From positions 2,283-66,282 of the forward strand of contig JBEHXK010000004.1 of assembly GCA_048498735.1 (NCBI GenBank): a DNA stretch of 64,000 bases, in the 5' to 3' direction. Below, piece by piece: positions 10,342 to 19,407 of the stretch (positions are counted from its first letter, which is position 1; every line of letters starts with the position of its first letter). The translations under genes and the position numbers were made by a program. The stretch is from Pseudomonadota bacterium. GTDB lineage: Bacteria > Pseudomonadota > Alphaproteobacteria > Rickettsiales > UBA8987. A model generated the notes under the pieces. The model saw only the letters and a program-made list of their open reading frames with translations. It made no database searches and was not told where the DNA came from.

Positions 10342-10345
10342 AGTC

Positions 10346-10984
10346 ATGAGCATCAATAATTTAACCTCTTCTTACTATAATTTGAGCCAGCAGCTTGCGT
10401 CACAAAGCAGCTCTAGCGGAACAAGCAGTTCATCCGATATTGATTCGCTCATTAAGCAGCTTGAAGGTGCAAGCACCTCAACTTCATCAGACAGCAATGA
10501 TGCTTTCAGCCTGAATTTAAGCCAAAGCGCACAAGATCTGCTTGATTCCGGATCTACAAACAGCACAAGCAGCTCCTCATCAACTGCAAGTTATACACTT
10601 ACAAAAGCGCAGCAGAAACAGCTTGATGCGATTCTTGCTAAATATAAGGATGCACCTTTTACACAAGATACATATAACCAGATCCAGGATGAGCTTCAAA
10701 AGGCTGGACTTGCACCAGATCAACTAGCTACTGAAGATAAAATAAAAAGCTTTAATACCACTCAGGTATTTATCGATGCGCTAAATGGCAAGGATGATTC
10801 CTCTTCATCTTCAACATCATCTGATGGCAGCACTTCAAGCAGTGACAGCACTGATTCTGATACAAAATCATCTAACTATATGCAGCAAGTGGTTTCGCAA
10901 TGGAAAAGCATTTCAACTACAGCCAATGCTGATAACTCTTCCACTGATCAAACATCAGGAAGCGGCATTTCAATTGATGCTTAA
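10346..10984 (+). CDS. Ser/Thr/Asp-rich low-complexity protein, no signal peptide or TM segment
   Basis: 212 aa. Ser runs include SSSSGTSSSS, STSSSSST and DDSSSSSTSSDGSTSSSDSTDSD. A less biased central block reads YTLTKAQQKQLDAILAKYKDAPFTQDTYNQIQDELQKAGL. Good SD. The N- and C-termini resemble those of the convergent neighbour. Confidence 0.7.
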   Translation: MSINNLTSSYYNLSQQLASQSSSSGTSSSSDIDSLIKQLEGASTSTSSDSNDAFSLNLSQSAQDLLDSGSTNSTSSSSSTASYTLTKAQQKQLDAILAKYKDAPFTQDTYNQIQDELQKAGLAPDQLATEDKIKSFNTTQVFIDALNGKDDSSSSSTSSDGSTSSSDSTDSDTKSSNYMQQVVSQWKSISTTANADNSSTDQTSGSGISIDA

Positions 10985-11008
10985 AAAAATAGAATTTTTG
11001 AAGATAAA

Positions 11009-11509
11009 TTAAGCTACGTCAGAATAAGTAGAGCCTGAACCCGAACCAGTGTTAACCAGCGTATTAGTTGCGCTTTCATATGCGCTGATCGCTTTCTGGA
11101 TAGGATCGGTGCTTAAAGCGGTTGTGCTGTCATTAGAAATAGATGAACTTGCATTCGTGCTGTAAGCGGTTTTTAGCAGATTATTATATGAACTTGAAAG
11201 CAGGCTGTTCACCAAGCCATCATCGCTACTATTGCTACTACCTAATATATCAGATGTAGTGCTGGTGCCGCTAAGAAGTTGGCTAAGAAGTGAAGCAACA
11301 TCAGATGAAAGCGAAACCTGATCCTGGTTTTGGCTTGAAGTGTTATTTGTAAGCGCTTTTGTAAGGGTATCAGTTAGTGAATCTGCAAAGCTTGAACTTG
11401 AATCATCACCTGAAAGCAGACTGCTTATAGAACTTGCTGTTGAATTTGAAGAACTCTTGCTACCAAGAAGTGAGCTAAGATATGAAGTAGTGTTCAATAT
11501 CGATGTCAT
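11009..11509 (-). CDS. Ser/Thr-rich low-complexity protein, paralog-like partner of 10346..10984
   Basis: 166 aa. The N-terminus MTSILNTTSYLSSLLGS matches MSINNLTSSYYNLSQQLAS in the partner. The C-terminus NTGSGSGSTYSDVA matches TSGSGISIDA. No signal peptide or TM. Confidence 0.65.
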   Translation of the reverse strand: MTSILNTTSYLSSLLGSKSSSNSTASSISSLLSGDDSSSSFADSLTDTLTKALTNNTSSQNQDQVSLSSDVASLLSQLLSGTSTTSDILGSSNSSDDGLVNSLLSSSYNNLLKTAYSTNASSSISNDSTTALSTDPIQKAISAYESATNTLVNTGSGSGSTYSDVA

Positions 11510-11732
11510 GAAAATAATATAGCACAGAAAGATGGGTTAAACAAATTTAATCACAGAAATTATTTCGTATTTTAAATAGAATTTTTATACCGTTGCTTTT
11601 AAGTTTGCAACTCTACGGCTGAACCGCCAAATCTCTGTGCTTACTTATTATTTTCTTATGATTCCAACCTTAAGTTTATATCGATAGGTTATATGAATCG
11701 CGATATTCTTTATTCATAATAAGAATCTTATA

Positions 11733-12134
11733 ATGAATATGGGCTTAAGATTTAAAAAAATATTTATCGCATTTTTCATGATAGCCGGACTCGATGCCTG
11801 TTCGACTGTTGATAATATGAATTATATGGACAGGAATGACTTGATTCAAGCACGCGGCACAGAAAATATCGATGGCGTGAGATATATGGATTATGGTAAT
11901 ACAAGCAGTATAAAAAGTTTAGGAGCACTGAAATTTAAAGGCTTTGATGAAGATAGCGGTGAACCTGATGATACTGTTATAGATCTGAAACGTAATAAAT
12001 CACGTTTATATGCTGAAACGCCCGTGTTTGAAAGCGACAACAAAGATAAATCCACCTTCGATAAAGGCCTGTTCAACTTCGGCATAGATAAAAAATCCAA
12101 AGGCCTTGGTATGGAACTTTCACTGCAATTCTAA
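11733..12134 (+). CDS. Small putative lipoprotein
   Basis: 133 aa. The N-terminus MNMGLRFKKIFIAFFMIAGLDAC has a lipobox-like LDAC, which is atypical at position -2. Confidence 0.5.
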   Translation: MNMGLRFKKIFIAFFMIAGLDACSTVDNMNYMDRNDLIQARGTENIDGVRYMDYGNTSSIKSLGALKFKGFDEDSGEPDDTVIDLKRNKSRLYAETPVFESDNKDKSTFDKGLFNFGIDKKSKGLGMELSLQF

Positions 12135-12228
12135 GGTTTATTCACTGCAACAATCAGAAATTTGAAACGCACATGCTTTTGTAAAAAGCTGGCCAATGTG
12201 CATTTTTCTAATATTTTTGGTTGTTTTT

Positions 12229-12274
12229 CCCAAATTTCAAATATACTATCCCATGATATCCCATAAAAAACCAT
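12229..12274 (+). promoter_or_regulatory. Candidate MraZ operator: phased CCCA/CCAT repeats upstream of mraZ
   Basis: CCCA occurs at 12229, 12250 and 12260, within TATCCCAT repeated exactly 10 bp apart. CCAT occurs at 12271. The reverse complement TGGGA matches the TGGGN repeat class bound by E. coli MraZ. The site ends about 30 nt upstream of the mraZ start. Confidence 0.35.
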
Positions 12275-12304
12275 AACGGCGTTTTGTGATACAGGGGCAA
12301 AAAA

Positions 12305-12766
12305 TTGAGTATTTTTCTTTCTACATATATTAACAAAATCGATAAAAAGGGGCGCGTTTCAGTGCCTGCCGCCTATCGCACCGTTACAGCAAAAGAAAAT
12401 TTCCACGGTATAATCGCTTACCCTTCATTTGTGCATGAATGCATTGAAGCCTGCGGCATAAGCCGCATTGAAAAGATCTCGGAAGCTATCGACACTATGG
12501 ACCCATATAGCGAAGATCGTGATGCCTTTGCGGCAGCAATCTTGGGTGAAGCACAACAGCTTGGTTTTGATAATGAAGGACGCGTAACACTTTCAGAGCA
12601 ATTGATAGAAAAAGCAAAGCTGAAAGATCAGGCTATTTTTGTCGGCAAAGGCCAGACCTTTGAGATCTGGAACCCGGATAATTATAATAAATATGCACGT
12701 AATGCCCGTGATATTGCAAAACAAAATCGCGGCAAACTTAGTTTGATAGGTAAAGCGGGCAAATGA
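12305..12766 (+). CDS. mraZ: Transcriptional regulator MraZ
   Basis: 153 aa. SIFLSTYINKIDKKGRVSVPAAYR plus a second DNEGRVTLSEQL repeat. It is the first gene of the dcw block. The track start is TTG. Confidence 0.9.
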   Translation: MSIFLSTYINKIDKKGRVSVPAAYRTVTAKENFHGIIAYPSFVHECIEACGISRIEKISEAIDTMDPYSEDRDAFAAAILGEAQQLGFDNEGRVTLSEQLIEKAKLKDQAIFVGKGQTFEIWNPDNYNKYARNARDIAKQNRGKLSLIGKAGK

Positions 12767-13800
12767 GATATCTGATCAACATACAGGATTATTCCCTTGA
12801 TGAGATTTGTTATATATACGAGAAGGCTGAGACATTAAAATATTTTGCTGAAATGAACTATGAACATCACATACCAGTATTGTTAAATGAAACATTGGAA
12901 CTTCTGCAGCCAAAAGATGGGGAAGTTTATGTTGATTGCACTTTTGGTGCCGGCGGTCATACACATGCGATATTAAAAGCTGCAAATTGTAAAGTGATCT
13001 CGATCGATCGCGACCCTCATACAAAACTTCTTGCGGATAAATTTGAAGCAGAATTCGGTGATCGCTTTACGTATGTGAATGATCGATTCAGCAATATCGA
13101 CAATATTCTTGATGATCTGAAAATTGAAAAAGTTGACGGCATAATCATGGATCTTGGTTTTTCCTCCATGCAGGTTGATACGCCACGTCGCGGCTTTTCA
13201 TTCCAGGCGGAAGGCCCGCTTGATATGCGCATGAGCAGCAGCGGTATTTCAGCGGCCGACTTCATCAACAATGCGTTTGAAGAAGAGATATCAGATATAC
13301 TTTACCGTTTCGGTGATGAGAAAAAATCCCGTCCGATCGCACGTGCAATTGTCCGCGAACGTGCAAAAGAAAAAATCACTACCACCACCAGACTTGCAGA
13401 AATAATTTCCGCCGCTGCTGGAAAATATGATGATGACATCAATGCTGCGACGAGAAGTTTTCAGGCGATAAGAATTTTCATCAATGAAGAATTTGAAGAA
13501 TTAAAAACTGTGTTGCAAATAGCAAAAGATCGATTAAAAGAAAATGGTAGGTTAGTTGTAATTACGTTCCATTCCGGGGAAGATAGTATAGTGAAAGATT
13601 TCTTTAAGAAGTATTCAGGCTCTGAAAGCCGCAGTTTCTCAAGGTATTCGCCGTCTTCAGTTTTGCCGCAGAATTCCGTCGCAAATGATTTTGAATTGCT
13701 CACCTCAAAACCTATCGGGCCAAGTGATGAAGAAATTGAAAATAATATTCGTGCACGTTCAGCAAAAGTTCGTGCAGTAAAAAGACTGGCGGCATTATAA
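12763..13800 (+). CDS. rsmH: 16S rRNA (cytosine1402-N4)-methyltransferase RsmH
   Basis: Motifs HIPVLLNETLELL, DCTFGAGGH, DLGFSSMQVD and RSFQAIRIFINEE. Conserved sequence begins near aa 36, so the ATG at 12853 (MNYEHHIPVLL) is a plausible alternative start. Confidence 0.9.
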   Translation: MRYLINIQDYSLDEICYIYEKAETLKYFAEMNYEHHIPVLLNETLELLQPKDGEVYVDCTFGAGGHTHAILKAANCKVISIDRDPHTKLLADKFEAEFGDRFTYVNDRFSNIDNILDDLKIEKVDGIIMDLGFSSMQVDTPRRGFSFQAEGPLDMRMSSSGISAADFINNAFEEEISDILYRFGDEKKSRPIARAIVRERAKEKITTTTRLAEIISAAAGKYDDDINAATRSFQAIRIFINEEFEELKTVLQIAKDRLKENGRLVVITFHSGEDSIVKDFFKKYSGSESRSFSRYSPSSVLPQNSVANDFELLTSKPIGPSDEEIENNIRARSAKVRAVKRLAAL

Positions 13801-13803
13801 AAT

Positions 13804-14139
13804 ATGAAAGTCAGACTTAGCACATATATTTATATTATTTCATGCCTGGCGATGGCGTGCATGGTATATTATTTCGAAAATAAGGTGCATGAAGTTACGG
13901 AAAAGATAGCCGATGTTAATGAGAAACTATCACATTATGATAATGACCTGCGCGTTCTTGAAGCTGAATGGAGCTATCTGAATGATCCAGACAGACTTGG
14001 AAAGCTAACCGCTCAAATCCATGATGATATGAACAGTCCGATAAGGGTGCAGTTCACTAACCTGAAAGATCTTCCTACACGTGAAGTGATGTCTGCCAGC
14101 AATGCGGGCAATATAACCGCGCAGAATATAATTCCATGA
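13804..14139 (+). CDS. ftsL: Cell division protein FtsL-like (single-pass membrane protein)
   Basis: 111 aa. N-terminal TM (YIYIISCLAMACMVYYF) followed by a coiled-coil-like segment. It holds the canonical position between rsmH and ftsI and overlaps ftsI by 4 nt. Confidence 0.65.
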   Translation: MKVRLSTYIYIISCLAMACMVYYFENKVHEVTEKIADVNEKLSHYDNDLRVLEAEWSYLNDPDRLGKLTAQIHDDMNSPIRVQFTNLKDLPTREVMSASNAGNITAQNIIP

Positions 14140-15872
14140 GAAATCCGGCACGCCCAAGGCCAAGCCTGATACTTGAAGGTTCAATCGACAGGGCGATCAA
14201 ACGTGCACAAGTAAGGCTTATAATATTGGGCTGCATGATATTGATCACTTTCCTTGCGGTTGCTGGTAAAACAGTAAAGCTAACTTTCTTCTTTGAACCG
14301 GAAGCCATCAAGCGCCTGAGCTACACAAAATCAGCAATTGAGCGTGCAGAAAACCCAGTTCCGACATCAGAAAAATTCCGCAAATCAATATATGATCGTA
14401 ATGGAATTCTGATTTCCTCGAACCTTATAACCTCATCACTTTATTGCGATCCGAAAGTCATGATCGATGAGAAGAACGCCGCACATCAGCTTGCAGCGAT
14501 CTTGCCGGAACTTGATGAAAAAGACCTATATAAAAAATTTACTGATAAAACTAAAAGCTTCGTCTGGCTGAAACGCAGCCTGCACCCAAAACAGAAATAT
14601 GAGATCAATGCGCTTGGTATCCCGGGTCTGAACTTTGAAGATGAGGAAAAAAGGATCTATCCGCACGGTAATCTGTTCGCGCATGTTATAGGCATGGTTG
14701 GCCAGGATGGCCACGGCCTGAGCGGCTTGGAAAAATATCTCGATACAGTTCCAATAGATAGTTATGACAAAGTTCTGAAAAACGACAGTATAGTCACCAC
14801 ACTTGATACACGTATACAATCTATCCTTCATGATGAGGTTCAGAAAGCATTTGATAAACACCACCCTGTGAATGCCAGCGGTATTGTCATGGATGTAAAT
14901 ACCGGCGAAATTTTGGCCATGGTGAGCCTACCTGATTTTGATCCCAACCTGCCACGCAGTGTTAAGCCTTCGAATATGTTCAATATGGCAACGCTTGGTG
15001 ATTACGAGCTTGGCTCGGTATTCAAGCCATTCACTTTTGCAACCGCGCTGGATAACGACAAAATAAACGAAAAGATGATCTTCGATGCAAGCCATCCACT
15101 GCAAATCGGCAAGGCAAAGATATCAGATTATCATGCCAAGAACCGTCCGCTTTCTGTGCCAGAAATATTGATGTATTCATCTAATATTGGTACTGGCAAG
15201 ATTGCAATGGAAGTTGGCATGGATAAAATGCAGGATTATTTCCACCGCTTCCATTTCTATGACAAGCTTGATACTGAAATTCAGGAAAAATCTACCCCCA
15301 CTACACCGAAAAAATGGAGCGAAGTTGGTTTGGTTACTATGTCATTCGGCCATGGCCTTGCATTATCACCATTACATGTGGCAGCGGGTTTAAGCGCGAT
15401 CGTTAATGGTGGATATTATTATGAACCTACACTTATAAAACGTTCAAAATCTGAGCAGCTGACGCAGCCAACACGTGTTATTTCCAAGAAAACATCTGAA
15501 CGCATGCGCGTTCTATTGCGCCTGGTCGTGGCAGGTGGTTCGGGAACACATGCGAATGTGGATGGTTATCTGGTCGGTGGTAAAACTGGAACTGCAAATA
15601 AGATCGAAGGCGGAAAATATAGCGACAACCGGGTTGTCGGTTCATTCATTGGTGTGTTCCCTTATAACGACCCAAAATATCTGGTGTTTGTTGTGCTTGA
15701 TGACCCTAAAGGAACGCCTGATACGCATGGCTTCATAACCGGCGCTTGGGTTGCAGCGCCCGCGGTTGCCAATGTTATAACCCGTATGGCGCCGATAATG
15801 AAAGTTCGTCCACAACAGGATGACACCAAAGAGATATTGACTAAATTCGGCCTTGAAAACGCCTCCGATTAG
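14136..15872 (+). CDS. ftsI: Peptidoglycan D,D-transpeptidase FtsI (class B PBP)
   Basis: 578 aa. TM anchor plus SxxK (GSVFKPF), SxN (YSSNIG) and KTG (GKTGTA) motifs. Confidence 0.9.
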   Translation: MRNPARPRPSLILEGSIDRAIKRAQVRLIILGCMILITFLAVAGKTVKLTFFFEPEAIKRLSYTKSAIERAENPVPTSEKFRKSIYDRNGILISSNLITSSLYCDPKVMIDEKNAAHQLAAILPELDEKDLYKKFTDKTKSFVWLKRSLHPKQKYEINALGIPGLNFEDEEKRIYPHGNLFAHVIGMVGQDGHGLSGLEKYLDTVPIDSYDKVLKNDSIVTTLDTRIQSILHDEVQKAFDKHHPVNASGIVMDVNTGEILAMVSLPDFDPNLPRSVKPSNMFNMATLGDYELGSVFKPFTFATALDNDKINEKMIFDASHPLQIGKAKISDYHAKNRPLSVPEILMYSSNIGTGKIAMEVGMDKMQDYFHRFHFYDKLDTEIQEKSTPTTPKKWSEVGLVTMSFGHGLALSPLHVAAGLSAIVNGGYYYEPTLIKRSKSEQLTQPTRVISKKTSERMRVLLRLVVAGGSGTHANVDGYLVGGKTGTANKIEGGKYSDNRVVGSFIGVFPYNDPKYLVFVVLDDPKGTPDTHGFITGAWVAAPAVANVITRMAPIMKVRPQQDDTKEILTKFGLENASD

Positions 15873-15897
15873 CCTATATTCTTCACACTTTTAGCCA

Positions 15898-18800
15898 ATG
15901 GCACTGAAGTTCAACATAAAAAATTCCACGAGGAATTTTCTATCTGATATACCTGCAGGCAGTGAAGTTTTCCCTCTGATCGAGATGGCTGAAAATTCAC
16001 CCGGCGGGCTGGTTCACATTTGCAAAAACGATTTTTATCTTGAAAAAATCCACGACCTTTTAAGTTTTTTTGCACCACAGATTAAACTATATTCCCTGCC
16101 CGCCTGGGATACAAATCCTTATGATAAGGTTTCGCCTAATCCTGAAGTTATTTCTGAGCGCCTGAAAACCCTGGCCGATATTTCTGGAGGACTAAAGAAA
16201 TGCGAAATAGTTCTGACAACCGCAAACGCATTAATTCAAAAACTGGTTCCACTTGAGGTTATAAAAGCCTCACACCTTAATATAAAGGTAAAGCAGCAGA
16301 TAAAACGCGAAGACATTTTAAGTTTCCTGGTCAATAACAGCTATATAAACGTGGCTGCAGCGGCTGATCATGGCGAATTTGCAGTTCGCGGAAGTATAAT
16401 AGATATTTTCCCACCATCATCGGCCAACGGCATTCGTCTGGATTTTTTTGGCGATGAGATTGAAACCATCAGAACCTATGACCCGTTAACGCAGATATCA
16501 TTGAGTAATATTGATGCTTTTGAACTGATACCTGCCAGTGAAGTGCTTCTTAATAAAAAATATATAGATAGTTTTAAGGAAAATTTTCTCGGCGAATTCG
16601 GGCCTGAATCTGGCAAAGATCCGGTATTTGAAGCCGTGATGGAAGGGCGTAAATATCCCGGATTTGAAAATTATTTACCGTTATTTTATGGCAGGCTTGC
16701 GAGTATTTTTGATTATGCACCACAGGCGATTTACAGTTTTGAACATGACCTTGAACCAGTAGTGGAAGAACGCCACGCGCATATAAAAGATAGCTATAAT
16801 GCAAGGCTTTCATACGCTAAATCTGGTCGTTATGGCAATGCAGATCATTTCATCCCGCCGGAAAAATTATATATAATGGAAGAGGAATATAAAAAGCTTC
16901 TCTCTAATCGCACGGAAGTTTTTTTCAGCCATTACAACATGCCAGAATCAATCATTGCCGGCTATAAACCAATCACTTCATATTTTGCAGAAGCAAAACC
17001 ACATAACCGCTCTGCACTTGACCTTTTCCGTGATGAACTGGCCGAGAACTTCAACAAAAACAATAAAACCAAAACTATTATCGCATGCATGAGCGCAGGA
17101 AGTTCAGAGCGTATGGCATCACTGCTCACTGAGCATGAAATAAAAAATATATTGATCACCGATTATTCAAAAGAGCAGGCCCTTCTGAATCGAACCAATG
17201 TGGGTGTGGCCGTGTTAGCGCTTGAACATGGGTTTGAGGCAGAAGGCATAAAGCTGGTGAGTGAAGCTGATCTGCTGGGCGAGAAGATATATCGTCGCAA
17301 GAGCGGACGCGGTAAAAAAGCAGAAGATTTCATACGCGAGGCAGCGAACCTTTCAACCGGTGAACTGGTTGTTCATAAAGAACATGGAATTGGAAAATTC
17401 ATCGGCCTGGAAACTTTAAAGATAAATAATACGGAACATGATTTCATTCTGCTAGAATATCTGGGGGGCGATAAATTATATGTTCCGGTTGAGAATATAG
17501 AGCTGATCAGCCGTTATGGTGGTGATAGCGAACATGTTGAAGTTGATAAGCTTGGCAGCCTGCAATGGCAGGAACGCACTGCTAAAGTTAAAAAGCGCAT
17601 AAAAGTTCTGGCAGAAGAGTTGATCAAGATCGCAGCAGAACGTGAAGTTCGTGGCGGAACGGTTTTTGATTTCCAAAGCGGTGCCTATGAAGAATTTGCC
17701 AGCCGTTTTCCTTACGTTGAAACTGATGACCAGTTAGGGGCCATAGAAGATGTGATGGATGATATTGTTTCCGGCAGGCCAATGGATAGGCTGATCTGCG
17801 GTGATGTTGGCTTTGGTAAAACTGAAGTTGCCTTGCGTGCTGCATTTGCAGTGGTGCAGAACAATAATAAAGAACAGCGTGCACAAGTGGCGGTGATATG
17901 CCCAACCACCCTGCTCTGCCGCCAGCATTATAACACTTTCCTGCAGCGTTTTGAGGGAACCGGAATTGTTATAAAACAACTTTCACGCATGGTTAGCAGT
18001 GGGGATATCAAAAAATCTAAAGAAGCGATAAAGAATGGTGAGGTTGATATAGTTATTGGTACTCATGCACTGCTTGCAGCCAATATGGAATTCAAAAACC
18101 TTTCGATGATAATAATAGATGAGGAACAGCGTTTTGGTGTTGCACAGAAAGAAAAGCTCAAAAAACTACGCGCCAATACTCACGTTCTAACCCTGACGGC
18201 AACCCCTATTCCACGCACATTGCAATTGTCACTCACGGGAATACGCGATCTTTCACTTATCGCAACGCCACCGGTTGACAGGCTGGCCGTTCGCACATTT
18301 GTAATGCCTTATGATGATGTGACCATACGCGAAGCAATATTGAAAGAGCATTATCGCGGGGGAAGAACTTATTTCGTCGCACCACGCATTACCGACCTCG
18401 AAGCATTGGAAAAGCGCCTGAAGGAAAACATTCCCGAAGTTCGCATAGTTTCAGCACATGGCCGCATGAAGCCTGACGAACTGGATAAGATCATGAATGA
18501 TTTTGATGAAGGCAAGTTTGATGTGCTGCTTGCAACAACGATAGTTGAATCTGGCCTGGATGTTTCTGCCGCTAATACAATTATAATATATCGCGCTGAT
18601 ATGTTCGGCCTGGCGCAGTTATATCAATTACGTGGGCGCGTCGGCAGAAGCAAGGTTCGTGCCTATGCTTACCTGACAGTTCCACCGCGCAAGATATTAA
18701 CCAAACATGCAGAAAAACGTTTAGAAGTTATGCAGAAGCTTGATAGCCTGGGCGCCGGTTTTACACTTGCAAGTTATGATATGGATATACGCGGTTTCGG

Positions 18801-19407
18801 CAACCTGCTTGGAGATGAGCAGAGTGGTAACATTAAGGAAGTTGGGGTTGAGCTTTATCAAAGCATGCTGCGTGATGCAATTGATTCCCTAAAAGCCAGC
18901 AATGATAATGTTGAAGAAGAAAAAAGTGATGGCATTTATTCTATAAAACTGAATTTAGGCATTTCCGTTCTGATACCGGAAAATTATGTTAACGATTCTG
19001 ACTTGAGAATGGGTCTGTATCGCCGCCTCGGCAATTTACAGAACGAAGCAGAGATAGAAAGCTTCGCGGTTGAGCTGGCAGATCGTTTTGGAAAAATACC
19101 TGAGGAAGTAGAAAATTTACTGGAAACATTAAAGATAAAATTTTTATGCCGCGAACTTGGCATTGAAAAACTTGATGCCGGTGAAAAAGGAGCTTCGATC
19201 CAGTTTCATAATAATAAATTCGCATATCCAGATGCGCTTATCAAGTTGCTGGCCATGAATCCGGTGCGCTTCAAAATAAAAGATGGCAGCAAATTCATAA
19301 TCGCGAATTGCAATTGGGCTGACCTGAAAGTGCGCGTGTTGGAATTAAAGAAGGTTCTGACCGAGATAAAAAACTTTGTGCATAACAATATAGTTAATGT
19401 GGCATGA
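15898..19407 (+). CDS. mfd: Transcription-repair coupling factor Mfd
   Basis: 1,169 aa. Superfamily-2 translocase motifs GDVGFGKTEVA, DEEQRFGV, TATPIPRT and QLRGRVGR. Confidence 0.95.
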   Translation: MALKFNIKNSTRNFLSDIPAGSEVFPLIEMAENSPGGLVHICKNDFYLEKIHDLLSFFAPQIKLYSLPAWDTNPYDKVSPNPEVISERLKTLADISGGLKKCEIVLTTANALIQKLVPLEVIKASHLNIKVKQQIKREDILSFLVNNSYINVAAAADHGEFAVRGSIIDIFPPSSANGIRLDFFGDEIETIRTYDPLTQISLSNIDAFELIPASEVLLNKKYIDSFKENFLGEFGPESGKDPVFEAVMEGRKYPGFENYLPLFYGRLASIFDYAPQAIYSFEHDLEPVVEERHAHIKDSYNARLSYAKSGRYGNADHFIPPEKLYIMEEEYKKLLSNRTEVFFSHYNMPESIIAGYKPITSYFAEAKPHNRSALDLFRDELAENFNKNNKTKTIIACMSAGSSERMASLLTEHEIKNILITDYSKEQALLNRTNVGVAVLALEHGFEAEGIKLVSEADLLGEKIYRRKSGRGKKAEDFIREAANLSTGELVVHKEHGIGKFIGLETLKINNTEHDFILLEYLGGDKLYVPVENIELISRYGGDSEHVEVDKLGSLQWQERTAKVKKRIKVLAEELIKIAAEREVRGGTVFDFQSGAYEEFASRFPYVETDDQLGAIEDVMDDIVSGRPMDRLICGDVGFGKTEVALRAAFAVVQNNNKEQRAQVAVICPTTLLCRQHYNTFLQRFEGTGIVIKQLSRMVSSGDIKKSKEAIKNGEVDIVIGTHALLAANMEFKNLSMIIIDEEQRFGVAQKEKLKKLRANTHVLTLTATPIPRTLQLSLTGIRDLSLIATPPVDRLAVRTFVMPYDDVTIREAILKEHYRGGRTYFVAPRITDLEALEKRLKENIPEVRIVSAHGRMKPDELDKIMNDFDEGKFDVLLATTIVESGLDVSAANTIIIYRADMFGLAQLYQLRGRVGRSKVRAYAYLTVPPRKILTKHAEKRLEVMQKLDSLGAGFTLASYDMDIRGFGNLLGDEQSGNIKEVGVELYQSMLRDAIDSLKASNDNVEEEKSDGIYSIKLNLGISVLIPENYVNDSDLRMGLYRRLGNLQNEAEIESFAVELADRFGKIPEEVENLLETLKIKFLCRELGIEKLDAGEKGASIQFHNNKFAYPDALIKLLAMNPVRFKIKDGSKFIIANCNWADLKVRVLELKKVLTEIKNFVHNNIVNVA

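Noticed and set aside
10985-10999. AAAAAT-aga-ATTTTT hairpin between the convergent Ser-rich genes, considered as a bidirectional terminator
   Set aside because: The stem is A-T only and very weak, so it cannot be called a terminator from sequence.
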